IMG/VR virus record: IMGVR_UViG_3300024999_000067
Span: 22,589-86,588 of that record
DNA: 64,000 nt
Strand: one strand, 5' to 3'
DNA from: a virus
Shown here: piece by piece, positions 20,178 through 28,830 of the stretch
How the letters are laid out: the number at the start of each line of letters is the position of its first letter
Numbering within the stretch: the first letter of the stretch is position 1
Program-made: the position numbers and the translations under genes
Notes under the pieces: generated by a model
Database searches by the model: none
Told to the model about the DNA's origin: nothing
Seen by the model: only the letters and a program-made list of their open reading frames with translations

Positions 20178-20412
20178 AGATATAAAAAACAAACTGGAAA
20201 AGTCCAAGGAAACTCTTGCAAATATTCGGGGTAAGATATCTGCTAAAGAGGATCAGTTAGTGGCAGCTGGTTTCAAGAAGTCTGATAATATTCTGGCGGA
20301 CGTGGACAAGGAACTGATCCGATTAGGGAAAGAGATAAAATCTGATACCGAGAAGCTGAATGAAATGATTGAAGACTTCAAGGTAAAGTTCCCAAGTATA
20401 TTTGAGGACTAA
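20155..20412 (+). CDS. Short coiled-coil protein (possible third Rad50 piece)
   Basis: Heptad-rich; lies between Mre11 and the Rad50 C-half. Confidence 0.5.
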   Translation: MNDLERIEDIKNKLEKSKETLANIRGKISAKEDQLVAAGFKKSDNILADVDKELIRLGKEIKSDTEKLNEMIEDFKVKFPSIFED

Positions 20413-21022
20413 TATGGAAATAGCAACCGTAAGAGAAAAACTCAGGGACAAACGGTCAGAGAGAGCAATTCATAAAGATAACATTACCCGATTAAACAAA
20501 GAACTGGATACACTATTTACTTCTACTGCTGGGCATATCAAAGCCAGGGAGTTGATGCAGAAAGCGGCAGAGTTGACCCAGAAGAATCTGGAAGAACACC
20601 TGTCTAAGATCACGACAAAAGCTTTGGATATTGTCTTTGAAGAAGAGGCACCGAAGTTTATTGTCCGGTTTATCTCAAGGAGAAATGTATCGGAATGTGA
20701 TATGTTCTTTTCAGATGATGGTATAAATGAAATGAATCCATTAGATTCTTGTGGATTCGGTGCAGTAGATGTAGCCAGTTTTGCTTTACGTGTTTCCATT
20801 TGGGCATTAAGCAAAACCAGAAACTGTCTAATCATAGATGAACCTTTCCGGAATCTGGATGAAGAACGTATGCCCAGAGCATCCCAGATGCTGAAGATTT
20901 TATCGGATGAATTGCAGATACAAATGATAGTGGTTACCCATGAAACATATCTGGAAGATGCTGCCGATAAAGTATTTGTGGTAACCAAGAAAAACAAGAT
21001 CAGTTCAGTAAAGGAGAAATGA
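20402..21022 (+). CDS. Rad50/SbcC C-terminal half
   Basis: Variant signature SCGFG, Walker B IIDEPF, D-loop, H-loop VTHE; likely start ATG 20414. Confidence 0.8.
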   Translation: MRTNMEIATVREKLRDKRSERAIHKDNITRLNKELDTLFTSTAGHIKARELMQKAAELTQKNLEEHLSKITTKALDIVFEEEAPKFIVRFISRRNVSECDMFFSDDGINEMNPLDSCGFGAVDVASFALRVSIWALSKTRNCLIIDEPFRNLDEERMPRASQMLKILSDELQIQMIVVTHETYLEDAADKVFVVTKKNKISSVKEK

Positions 21023-21208
21023 TATGGCTTATCCACAAATAGTAATGGTTAAAGAAAAGATACAGCAAGTGATTGATTCTACAGAATGGGAGAAGTTTGA
21101 TACCCCATTACTTATGGAAAAAGGAATAGAATTGCGTAGCAGTCTCATTATCGCTACACGGAAATGTGATAAGATATTGGATATTATTTTAAAGTATGGA
21201 GAATCAAA

Positions 21209-21943
21209 ATGATAAATGAGGAATTCTGTTGTGTACGGGCAGCAACTATTGAAGATGCTTGGCGAGAAGCAATGTGGCTGTGTGTCAAGAAAGGATACGA
21301 TTTTATGGTAAAAGGTGGATCATACGTCGGTCAGATTAGTAAGCAACTGGAAGACGTAAAGATTGTAATAGATAAACCGTGGATCAGGCCACTTGCTCCG
21401 ATCTTACCGCCAGGTATTCCAGCACCGACAAGTGATGAAAAGATTGAAGAGTATTTTTTCCGTTATATTTTCGGTTCAGAGAAACGGGAAAACGAGGTTT
21501 ATACTTACGGTGAGTTTATTTCCAAGCAATTAAGTAGAATTTTGGAATTACTCATATCATCCAATGGTAATACCAATCAAGCAACAATTTGTATTGGTAA
21601 TGTGGAAACAACTTTTCTTGACGATCCACCATGTCTAAGATCGATATCCTTTAAAGTAGTTGACAGTAAATTGAATATGACAGTATATTTCAGGTCATGG
21701 GACCTGTATGCTGGGCTACCAGAAAACCTTGGTGGGTTACAAAGGCTGAAAGAAATTGTACTTGAATACCTTTTGGATGCTGGTCTTAAAGTTGAAGATG
21801 GGAAGATAATTGCATTCTCAGACGGTTTGCATTTATATGACCAATACTTCCAGATAGTGGATACTTTGAATGTGGACAAGGTTCAAGTAGGGGCCCAAGC
21901 ATTAAGAGATAAGCAAGAATTTCTATCCAAAGAAGGAATATAA
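21209..21943 (+). CDS. thyA: Thymidylate synthase-family enzyme
   Basis: YTYG, PPCL (catalytic Cys), FRSWDL..GLPEN (Asn implies dUMP substrate), HLY. Confidence 0.8.
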   Translation: MINEEFCCVRAATIEDAWREAMWLCVKKGYDFMVKGGSYVGQISKQLEDVKIVIDKPWIRPLAPILPPGIPAPTSDEKIEEYFFRYIFGSEKRENEVYTYGEFISKQLSRILELLISSNGNTNQATICIGNVETTFLDDPPCLRSISFKVVDSKLNMTVYFRSWDLYAGLPENLGGLQRLKEIVLEYLLDAGLKVEDGKIIAFSDGLHLYDQYFQIVDTLNVDKVQVGAQALRDKQEFLSKEGI

Positions 21944-21953
21944 AGAGTTTCTT

Positions 21954-22229
21954 ATGAGAGCCGAGTATCCGAAAAAGATGAACAAGGTTTGTCATGATTG
22001 TGGCAATAGGGCAGCAATAATGGTGCATAACTGGAGAGAAGCCAGAGACCGTTACTATTGTCCTACCTGTAGAGAGAGCAGGGCTAAAAAGGAATTAGAA
22101 ATTTCTAAACCAGCTTTACCTAAAACAGAATTGGAAATATTTATATGGAAAAAACCAGAAAGGAGAAATAGAGAAGAGGAAGAGAAGGAATATTTATTGG
22201 CTTTACGGAAACAAAAGGGGTTACGCTAA
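21954..22229 (+). CDS. Zinc-ribbon hypothetical protein
   Basis: CHDC...CPTC. Confidence 0.45.
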   Translation: MRAEYPKKMNKVCHDCGNRAAIMVHNWREARDRYYCPTCRESRAKKELEISKPALPKTELEIFIWKKPERRNREEEEKEYLLALRKQKGLR

Positions 22230-22402
22230 TGGCAAATATTCAAGTGATACGGGCATTCAAAAGAGATGGTATTACTAAAGTATATAATTATACTGGTGAT
22301 CCTATTTCGACAGGTCCTATCTATCCACTGAAACAGATAGTGATTAGTCCTACTCTGATTAGAGTTGTGGACGATCCACCTGATAAAGAGAAGAAAGATA
22401 AA

Positions 22403-22609
22403 TCATAATGGTGAAAAAGAAATAGCTTTGGTAGGGCAGGAATTGACTACCAAAGCTATTCCAGCTTTAACATCTTCTCGTTCCAATGCCCAATCGGATA
22501 CGTCAATTCTTCCCTCATAGATAGTTTTGAATCTTGGCAAAATCTTTTCGCAAGAACCACAGTTTTCACATTTACTTTTATCCATTTTCAGAACGTGTTT
22601 ATAATACAA
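22403..22609 (-). CDS. Single-cluster ferredoxin
   Basis: CxxCxxC (CENCGSC) plus distal CP..AIS; AGGAG SD. Confidence 0.75.
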   Translation of the reverse strand: MYYKHVLKMDKSKCENCGSCEKILPRFKTIYEGRIDVSDWALEREDVKAGIALVVNSCPTKAISFSPL

Positions 22610-22621
22610 AATAGTTCTCCT

Positions 22622-23137
22622 TTAATCGGTGTCTTCCGCACCATACAACAGGTTATTGGCTATTCGATCAGCCCAGCCTCTGGAATTCTCATGCCAGTTA
22701 TCCAAGTCTTTCAGAAACTTTAGCCTACCAGCAGTAAGTCTCATTACTAGATCACTATCTGTAAAGCTAAGAATCTTTGCTCTGGTATATGGTCCTATTA
22801 CCCCATCAGGTTCAACTTTCTCACCACCAATTACTATATTCATTTGACGTTGCAATTCTTTTACTGCTCTACGTATACCGCTATGAACACCAAAATCAAT
22901 CAACTGGAAAGTGATTCCGTCAGGGAGTTGCCTTGAAGATATAGGAGCAATGAAATCCCGCTCGTATATTACTGCGGCATCTTCAAGTGACAGGTTTTTG
23001 ATATCTAGGTAAGGGTACGACCTTTTCGAGATACCCCACTTAGTTTCTCCCCCTGGATCAGCTTTAGGGGATCGATTAGAATAACCCCCTTCATGGCCGT
23101 TTATTCTGATAAGCCATTTCTTAATTTTTTCCTTCAT
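22622..23137 (-). CDS. Endolysin, glycoside hydrolase family 108
   Basis: HEGGY, DPGGETKWGIS, DGVIGP.T, GW..R. Confidence 0.92.
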   Translation of the reverse strand: MKEKIKKWLIRINGHEGGYSNRSPKADPGGETKWGISKRSYPYLDIKNLSLEDAAVIYERDFIAPISSRQLPDGITFQLIDFGVHSGIRRAVKELQRQMNIVIGGEKVEPDGVIGPYTRAKILSFTDSDLVMRLTAGRLKFLKDLDNWHENSRGWADRIANNLLYGAEDTD

Positions 23138-23138
23138 C

Positions 23139-23705
23139 TTAGTTCCTTATTCCCCTTGCATATTCCCGCGAAAATTTTAGTGCGGCATTCACTTTTTCTT
23201 TATTGTATGATAGTTTGTACCTGTCACAAATAGAAACGAATTTAGATATATATTCCGCATGAAATGAGATATTAGGAGGTAACCATTTATCTGGGCTACT
23301 ATCCCCTTTTCCACTATGAACAGTTCTGTTTACTGCCAAAAGATTTTCTACATCATTGGCAAATTCTTCTCTTTCTTTATCTGTCCAGTTCTCAGCACCA
23401 TGTTCCCAGGCATATTTCAATGGCACAACATGATCAATATCTAGGTAACTGGCTGAATAGAATATTTTACCAGAATATGGACATACCCATATACCTAGTT
23501 TAATATCATTTCCGACAATGGATATAAGGTAATTACCATTAGCCGTCTGAACAGATTGCCTTATCAATACATCTTCACGGGTATTGAAACCATTTCTGTC
23601 TAAATCAGACCAGTGTTTAAAGTGTTTAGTTCTATTATACTGTTCCGTATAGGCAAAACTTGGAAATAAAAACAGTACCAAAATACAGATGATTGCTCTA
23701 CTCAT
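23139..23705 (-). CDS. Secreted HNH nuclease (DUF1524-like)
   Basis: Signal peptide MSRAIICILVLFLFPSFAY; DIDHVVPL..AW..GA..W, FAND..NLLAV, KGD..P..WLP. Confidence 0.8.
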   Translation of the reverse strand: MSRAIICILVLFLFPSFAYTEQYNRTKHFKHWSDLDRNGFNTREDVLIRQSVQTANGNYLISIVGNDIKLGIWVCPYSGKIFYSASYLDIDHVVPLKYAWEHGAENWTDKEREEFANDVENLLAVNRTVHSGKGDSSPDKWLPPNISFHAEYISKFVSICDRYKLSYNKEKVNAALKFSREYARGIRN

Positions 23706-23706
23706 T

Positions 23707-24171
23707 TTATAAACCATTTATATCTTCAATAGGTTTTAATAGTGGCCGAATCCACTCCAGTACTTTAACCGCAGCAACCGAAGCTACAACTAAATATATA
23801 ACAAGCCTTTGCCAATTTGCTTTCTTCCAATCTTCTAAAGCAAGAACTCTAGCCACCAATAAAGCAAGTTCTACTTTATCGGCTTTTGCATTCTCAACCT
23901 CTTTTAGTCTACTATAAATTTCACCACGGCGAAGCTCACATTTATTGGAGCAACTGGTATTAGTCTTTTCAATCCTTTGCAGTTCTGTATCGATGGTTAC
24001 TTGCCTAGCAGTGGTGGTTGAATTAATCAAATCTCGTAGAGCTTCCAATTTCTCTTTGATATTAGTAATCAACCTATCTTCAACTCTTCCTATGGATTCT
24101 TCCACCCGGCCTTCAAGCCTCTCCATAGCTTCGTAGACTGATCTACGTCTTTCCTCGGGGGAATCTTCCAT
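23707..24171 (-). CDS. Coiled-coil protein with C-terminal TM helix (holin/antiholin-like)
   Basis: Single C-terminal TM segment; located in lysis block. Confidence 0.45.
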   Translation of the reverse strand: MEDSPEERRRSVYEAMERLEGRVEESIGRVEDRLITNIKEKLEALRDLINSTTTARQVTIDTELQRIEKTNTSCSNKCELRRGEIYSRLKEVENAKADKVELALLVARVLALEDWKKANWQRLVIYLVVASVAAVKVLEWIRPLLKPIEDINGL

Positions 24172-24174
24172 GAA

Positions 24175-24639
24175 TTATTTCTCCAAAAGTTCGTTGAAAT
24201 TCTTTCTCTTAATCAGTAAATCCAACCATATTGGCAACTTTCCCTCAATTTCATTTAGATAGTTTTTGGATAAAGTACCATCAGCGCCAGCACTCAACGA
24301 TTGTCCAATAAAAGTGATACCAGATTTCTTAGATGATATAAGAAATAATATTTCTGGTCTCACTCTCTTTGCTACCCCACAAAGGAAAACCCCTGTGGGG
24401 CGTAAATCTTCATCGGTTAAATCAGCAATGACTAAATCTATATTTGGATCTTGTTCAATTATAACCATTGCCTCTTTATAGTCATGAACACATATAATGG
24501 TTTCTACTCCCAAAGATCGTAGGGAGGTACAGGTTTTTTCCAATTCATTATCGTTCTGCTCTACTACCATAATTATTAGATTTTTAACAGTACACATTGG
24601 CTGAGTCTCCATTAGAAAACTGGTTGCATTACTTTTCAA
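24175..24639 (-). CDS. Stand-alone response-regulator receiver (CheY-like) domain
   Basis: IMVVEQN, DLVIAD, G..L, ISS, AGADGTLSK. Confidence 0.8.
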   Translation of the reverse strand: MKSNATSFLMETQPMCTVKNLIIMVVEQNDNELEKTCTSLRSLGVETIICVHDYKEAMVIIEQDPNIDLVIADLTDEDLRPTGVFLCGVAKRVRPEILFLISSKKSGITFIGQSLSAGADGTLSKNYLNEIEGKLPIWLDLLIKRKNFNELLEK

Positions 24640-24889
24640 TCTGATCGGTTACCTCAACTTCAGGTTTTTTAAATACACCTGTAAGATTGGCGAGTTTAAC
24701 CATAGCACCAATAAATACTTCAACTGCTGGCCATACTGAATCAATTTCCTTAAAAATTACACTGAGACTTTCCCTGATGGAGGCAATTTTCTCCTTACCC
24801 CAACCAGAAGCAGGAATAAATTCTTCAATCTTCTGTACTGCTTCAATAATAGCTGGTACCATTTGCAAGAACATAAGTATGTATTTCAT
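24629..24889 (-). CDS. Small hydrophobic protein (holin-like)
   Basis: G.GKEK motif with amphipathic helices. Confidence 0.45.
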   Translation of the reverse strand: MKYILMFLQMVPAIIEAVQKIEEFIPASGWGKEKIASIRESLSVIFKEIDSVWPAVEVFIGAMVKLANLTGVFKKPEVEVTDQIEK

Positions 24890-25206
24890 TTCGATTCCTC
24901 CACTAAAGGTCCAATTTTCAGGGCATCTTCCCCGCTTAACTTCCGTGTAGTAACTACAGTGATAATGATATTTGCTACCTGTAACAAACCAGCAATAGAT
25001 CCAGAGGCAATAATTATAGCTTCATCTGTAACCGGTAACTCTACGTCAATCACTTTCAATCCAAGAATGATTGCAGTCAGGATAAGAGCAATTTGATTGG
25101 TTGTGATGCTGACATTCTTCCACCCTGCTGGATCGGAAACTTGTTGTCCCGCTTCCAGTGCTGTTTTGAATTTTCCCACATTTGCTATTAGAGTTCCCCA
25201 TCTCAT
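24886..25206 (-). CDS. Putative holin (two TM helices)
   Basis: Two hydrophobic segments; AGGAG SD. Confidence 0.5.
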   Translation of the reverse strand: MRWGTLIANVGKFKTALEAGQQVSDPAGWKNVSITTNQIALILTAIILGLKVIDVELPVTDEAIIIASGSIAGLLQVANIIITVVTTRKLSGEDALKIGPLVEESK

Positions 25207-25503
25207 AATATGCCTTATCTCCTATAATCAGTTTAATGTAATCGTTTCCAGTCATTGTTCTTGGTTGACAAGATATACAAATAATTCCGATCAACCAAAC
25301 AATAAATCTCATTTCTTTTTATTCTTCTGGAATAACTGTTTTATCCATTTCACCACTTTCTTGATATCTACTTTTATTCCAATTACCTTGTCTTTCGGTG
25401 GGGGAGGATAGTCGTTCATGAGTTTCCTCATTTGGATAATTGCATACTGGGCATTTAGACCCACCAACATATAAATGATGGCAGGTCTTGCAGATATTAG
25501 CCA

Positions 25504-26133
25504 TTAGTTGTCAGTTACTGTAACAGGAGTATCTACAATATCTATTCCACCAGGAACTACAGGGTCAGCCACTGGTGTAGTAGTATCAAAGCCTCCACTT
25601 GTAGTCGCTGTACCTTCTTCCCCAGTATTAGTCACATCCGTAACTGTTTCTGTATTGGTCCTGGAATTAGTAACCGTAGAATCTCCTCCACCAGTATCAA
25701 TATTTGACGTACTCCCAGCATTCTTACCAATACTGTCTACAATCTCTGTGGCGGCCCAGGCTCCCGCTACCCATTTCAAGGTATTCAATACTCCACCACC
25801 TAGGACTTGAACACTTCTGTTTCTGTTATTGGAATCGGCAATGACTACATCATTCAGATTCGTCCCCCCACCACATGGATCGATCTGCTTACCAGTAAGT
25901 GCTCCAACAAGTTGTGCTGTAGCCTTCTGCTGCTCAATCATGACGATTGCCATATCTGACAACTTATTGTAATCTGGGCCATTCATCGCCAGGGCTTGAT
26001 AGCAAGCTGTCCGGGAATTTTCTTTGTTCATCTCAACCTGGAGAAGACCATCGTCAGGTGCGAACTTATGCATACTACACCCAGTCAATAGAACAATAAC
26101 AGAAAGTAACAGTACAGTAGCAACTCTTTTCAT
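25504..26133 (-). CDS. Lipoprotein with Thr/Gly-rich tail
   Basis: Lipobox LTGC after signal peptide. Confidence 0.7.
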   Translation of the reverse strand: MKRVATVLLLSVIVLLTGCSMHKFAPDDGLLQVEMNKENSRTACYQALAMNGPDYNKLSDMAIVMIEQQKATAQLVGALTGKQIDPCGGGTNLNDVVIADSNNRNRSVQVLGGGVLNTLKWVAGAWAATEIVDSIGKNAGSTSNIDTGGGDSTVTNSRTNTETVTDVTNTGEEGTATTSGGFDTTTPVADPVVPGGIDIVDTPVTVTDN

Positions 26134-26144
26134 AACAATCTCCT

Positions 26145-26648
26145 TTAATAGTAAAATGAAACTCGGGATGGATGTCTTCCAAATGGTGAGTGAGCAAATG
26201 TATTCGTTCTATCTTTTGCATTCTTTACTACGAATCCATTGTGTTCACCACTACTTATTCTATTCGCTTTACCTAACTGTACTCTATACCCCTGCCTTGG
26301 TCTATCCGAGAATACAACTATGGCAGTACCACTTCTAAACATGGGGAATATACGGAATGCTTGACGACCCCCATTGGCAACCCTGTATGTATTTGCACTC
26401 TTTACCGCAGATGCAAATTGACCAGCACCTGAATAAGGTACAGGAGTAGCTTCTACCCACTGTACTCCTTCAAGTTCCGCAGCATCAATATCCTGTTCAA
26501 TTGCTCTATCTTCATCATCTTTAGCAAATGGGTCATACTTTGCAGTAGTATCTCCTGGCCCTGTCTGTTTGTTATCATTATCGCTGGAACAGGCAGTTAC
26601 CAAAAATAACGATAACACTGATAGCACTAAAACCATTAATCTTTTCAT
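26145..26648 (-). CDS. Lipoprotein
   Basis: MKRLMVLVLSVLSLFLVTAC lipobox; AGGAGG SD supports start at 26648. Confidence 0.7.
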   Translation of the reverse strand: MKRLMVLVLSVLSLFLVTACSSDNDNKQTGPGDTTAKYDPFAKDDEDRAIEQDIDAAELEGVQWVEATPVPYSGAGQFASAVKSANTYRVANGGRQAFRIFPMFRSGTAIVVFSDRPRQGYRVQLGKANRISSGEHNGFVVKNAKDRTNTFAHSPFGRHPSRVSFYY

Positions 26649-26658
26649 TCTGATCCTC

Positions 26659-27159
26659 CTACTGTAACGAATTCCATAAAGCAAAACTCCCACCAATTAC
26701 GCCAAACGTACCGTATATCCAATTTCTGTATTCCTGCTGTTTCGGATGATCTTTTAAATAAAATTCGGCCATCCAAATAACAAATGAAGTTGCAACCACT
26801 TTCGAAGCAATGACTACTCCTTTTTCTGGGTTTGTTCCAAATAGAGGATTTGCTTCAATGTACCCATCATCAAGCTTGTCGAATGTAGTTAACGTATCCG
26901 CAACCTGTCCTGCTACTGCTGTTCCAAGCCAAAACTTATTCCAATTAGTAAAAAGTACTTGAGTATTTGAAGTATCTACTTCCTTTTTCGGTTCTATCAA
27001 TCCCATTGGTTCTACTGGAACCACAAACATTTCTTCGATAGGTAATTGTTCTACTGGCTCAAGGTATACTTTTCCACACCCTATAAGCTGCGAAATAACG
27101 AGTATTACAGCAATGCCCCAGAGTATACCAGATACTATCTTTTCAGTTCTGCTTATCAT
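26659..27159 (-). CDS. Membrane protein/lipoprotein
   Basis: LIGC lipobox-like site; D..TT...EANPL motif and TM helices. Confidence 0.6.
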   Translation of the reverse strand: MISRTEKIVSGILWGIAVILVISQLIGCGKVYLEPVEQLPIEEMFVVPVEPMGLIEPKKEVDTSNTQVLFTNWNKFWLGTAVAGQVADTLTTFDKLDDGYIEANPLFGTNPEKGVVIASKVVATSFVIWMAEFYLKDHPKQQEYRNWIYGTFGVIGGSFALWNSLQ

Positions 27160-27554
27160 TTCCCTGTTTCCAACTCCAAATTTAGTACAGCCAAATCTAG
27201 CAAAGGTCTTACTTCAATCTTTGACTGCTCGGCAAAGTGGAGCAAATCTATTAGTAGACCAAGAATATCTGTTTCCAGCTTATCTTCACTAAATCCATCT
27301 GTATCTGGTGGTATCCATGCGAGTAGTGCTTTCTTTGCGCGTTCAGCACGTTCCTTATTAACGTACTTCATCGCAGACTTTCTACCATGTAAAGCGGCAT
27401 GAACGATGGTACTTGAACTTACTTTCTGCATTTTACATAGGTCCAGCAAGTTGCCACAAGAGAGCAACCAATTCGATGATCAGCACTACAAGCAAGATAT
27501 TAATTGCTCGATTCATGGCACCATGTCCTCCACTATCGTTAGGTTATATACCAA

Positions 27555-27974
27555 TCACACTACATCATCGATATCTACATTCATTACTTCTTCCTTGGAT
27601 TTTGCCTCTTTGATTTTCTCCTTAGCGGCAAAGTATCCATCCTTTACATGCTTCATAACAGGCATCGCGTCAAACTCCAGTACATCCATTACAGCAGACG
27701 CACCACCATATCCGGCAAGCATTTGAGTAACGTAGTTGTCCAGTCTGGCAATGATCATAGGATCTTTAATAATCCCAGAGGATACTGCATAGCATAGAAG
27801 CACCCCGCGAAGAACATCGGTTATATTATCTTCGCAATCTCCTATTTCTGCTGCTAGTTTCTCTCGCATTTTGATTTTCAAGAATCTTTCACGAGACAGT
27901 TTATCTAATTCAATATCAGTCTCTTCACCTGTAAGGTATTTGCCGTACACTTGAAATTCTTCTACTGGTAGCAT
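27555..27974 (-). CDS. Hypothetical helical protein downstream of DGR RT (possible fibre chaperone)
   Basis: Start overlaps the 3' end of the RT ORF; C-terminal KIKEAKSKEEV..VD resembles tail-fibre-assembly proteins. Confidence 0.45.
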   Translation of the reverse strand: MLPVEEFQVYGKYLTGEETDIELDKLSRERFLKIKMREKLAAEIGDCEDNITDVLRGVLLCYAVSSGIIKDPMIIARLDNYVTQMLAGYGGASAVMDVLEFDAMPVMKHVKDGYFAAKEKIKEAKSKEEVMNVDIDDVV

Positions 27975-28603
27975 AATCCTAACCTCCCTTGATGTGATTG
28001 TGGTAGACGACTCACCATTGCAGCGTTATTCAAAATAACAGACTTTAGTATTTTTATACTACTAGTCTTTTGTGAATGTGCAATTATAGATCCAACTGTA
28101 ATTATATTTCCTTTAAGTACTGCCTTCTTAAATTTACATAAACTATACTTACGGATCAATCTGTGAGTAGGCCACGTTCTATACCCAACAAAGTTTATAC
28201 CGTCAGCAACAGTTCTTTTCGACCATTTGGATAAATGCAGGTGTAGTCTAGTAAACAAATACTCTTCAATATTCTTTCTGGCCATGGAGGCTTCAGCAGA
28301 TGACATTCCTATTAGTACCATATCGTCAACATAGCGGACATACCTGCATATTTTAAGTTTTCTTTTAATATAATGATCTGCAGGATTTAGATAAATTAAA
28401 GCGTATAGCTGTGATAGTAAATTTCCTAATGGGATTCCCTTACCCATTCCTAGGCAAGTGTAAAATTGTTTCATTACGCTAAGCAGCTGTTCATCTTTTA
28501 TCTTATTTCTTATTAATTTTTCAAGAACTATTCTATCAATAGAAGGAAAGAATTTTCTTACGTCAAGATGAAGTGTGTAAAGACTTTTAGAACAATTTTT
28601 CAT
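27962..28603 (-). pseudogene. DGR-type reverse transcriptase, N-terminally truncated
   Basis: LDVRKFFPSIDR (RT3), GIPLGNLLSQ (DGR-specific SQ), YVRYVDD, INFVGY; RT0-2 absent; frame closed by TAG 10 codons upstream of the ATG. Confidence 0.85.
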
Positions 28604-28685
28604 AGAAAAGTAAGCGTAATCGCATAAGTTCTATATACTTATGCATTATTACTCCTTCTCTACTATACTTCTTTCCTGTAGACAT
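28587..28685 (-). pseudogene. Remnant 5' end of avd (accessory variability determinant)
   Basis: MSTGKKYSREGVIMHKYIELMRL begins just after the VR hairpin, where avd normally sits, and resembles Avd N-termini. Confidence 0.45.
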
Positions 28686-28695
28686 ATTACAGAGC

Positions 28696-28709
28696 CGCGC
28701 TATCGCGCG
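28696..28709 (-). promoter_or_regulatory. DGR homing hairpin downstream of VR/IMH
   Basis: CGCGC-GATA-GCGCG directly after the target stop codon. Confidence 0.7.
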
Positions 28710-28710
28710 A

Positions 28711-28830
28711 CTAGACAGGGTAACAGGCGGAGCGACCACCATAGTGCGCGTTAGAGAAGGAACGGATGCTGCCCAGGTAACGGAGCCAAACCCCGGCAAG
28801 CGAGCCAGCGTTCCAGTTCCCACTACCTAT
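28711..28830 (-). repeat. DGR variable repeat (VR); no template repeat found
   Basis: GC-rich, A-poor 3' end of target gene; NNY codons at the typical variable positions of GxWxxGxxAGVWxxxLxxxRxxSxxxxGxRSA. Confidence 0.75.

Noticed and set aside
21209-21943. dCMP hydroxymethylase
   Set aside because: Specificity residue is Asn (PEN), favouring dUMP; a dUMP hydroxymethylase cannot be excluded
25046-25312. Overlapping o-spanin-like lipoprotein ORF
   Set aside because: Weak lipobox (CISC) and lies upstream of, not within or after, an i-spanin-like gene
27156-27555. Possible DGR template repeat downstream of RT
   Set aside because: No match to VR constant segments (e.g. GCCGGGGTTTGG) and no AAY-rich run; region holds small ORFs
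27962-28603. Group II intron or retron RT
   Set aside because: GNLLSQ motif and adjacent CLec VR indicate a DGR; no maturase domain, intron structure or retron VTG motif
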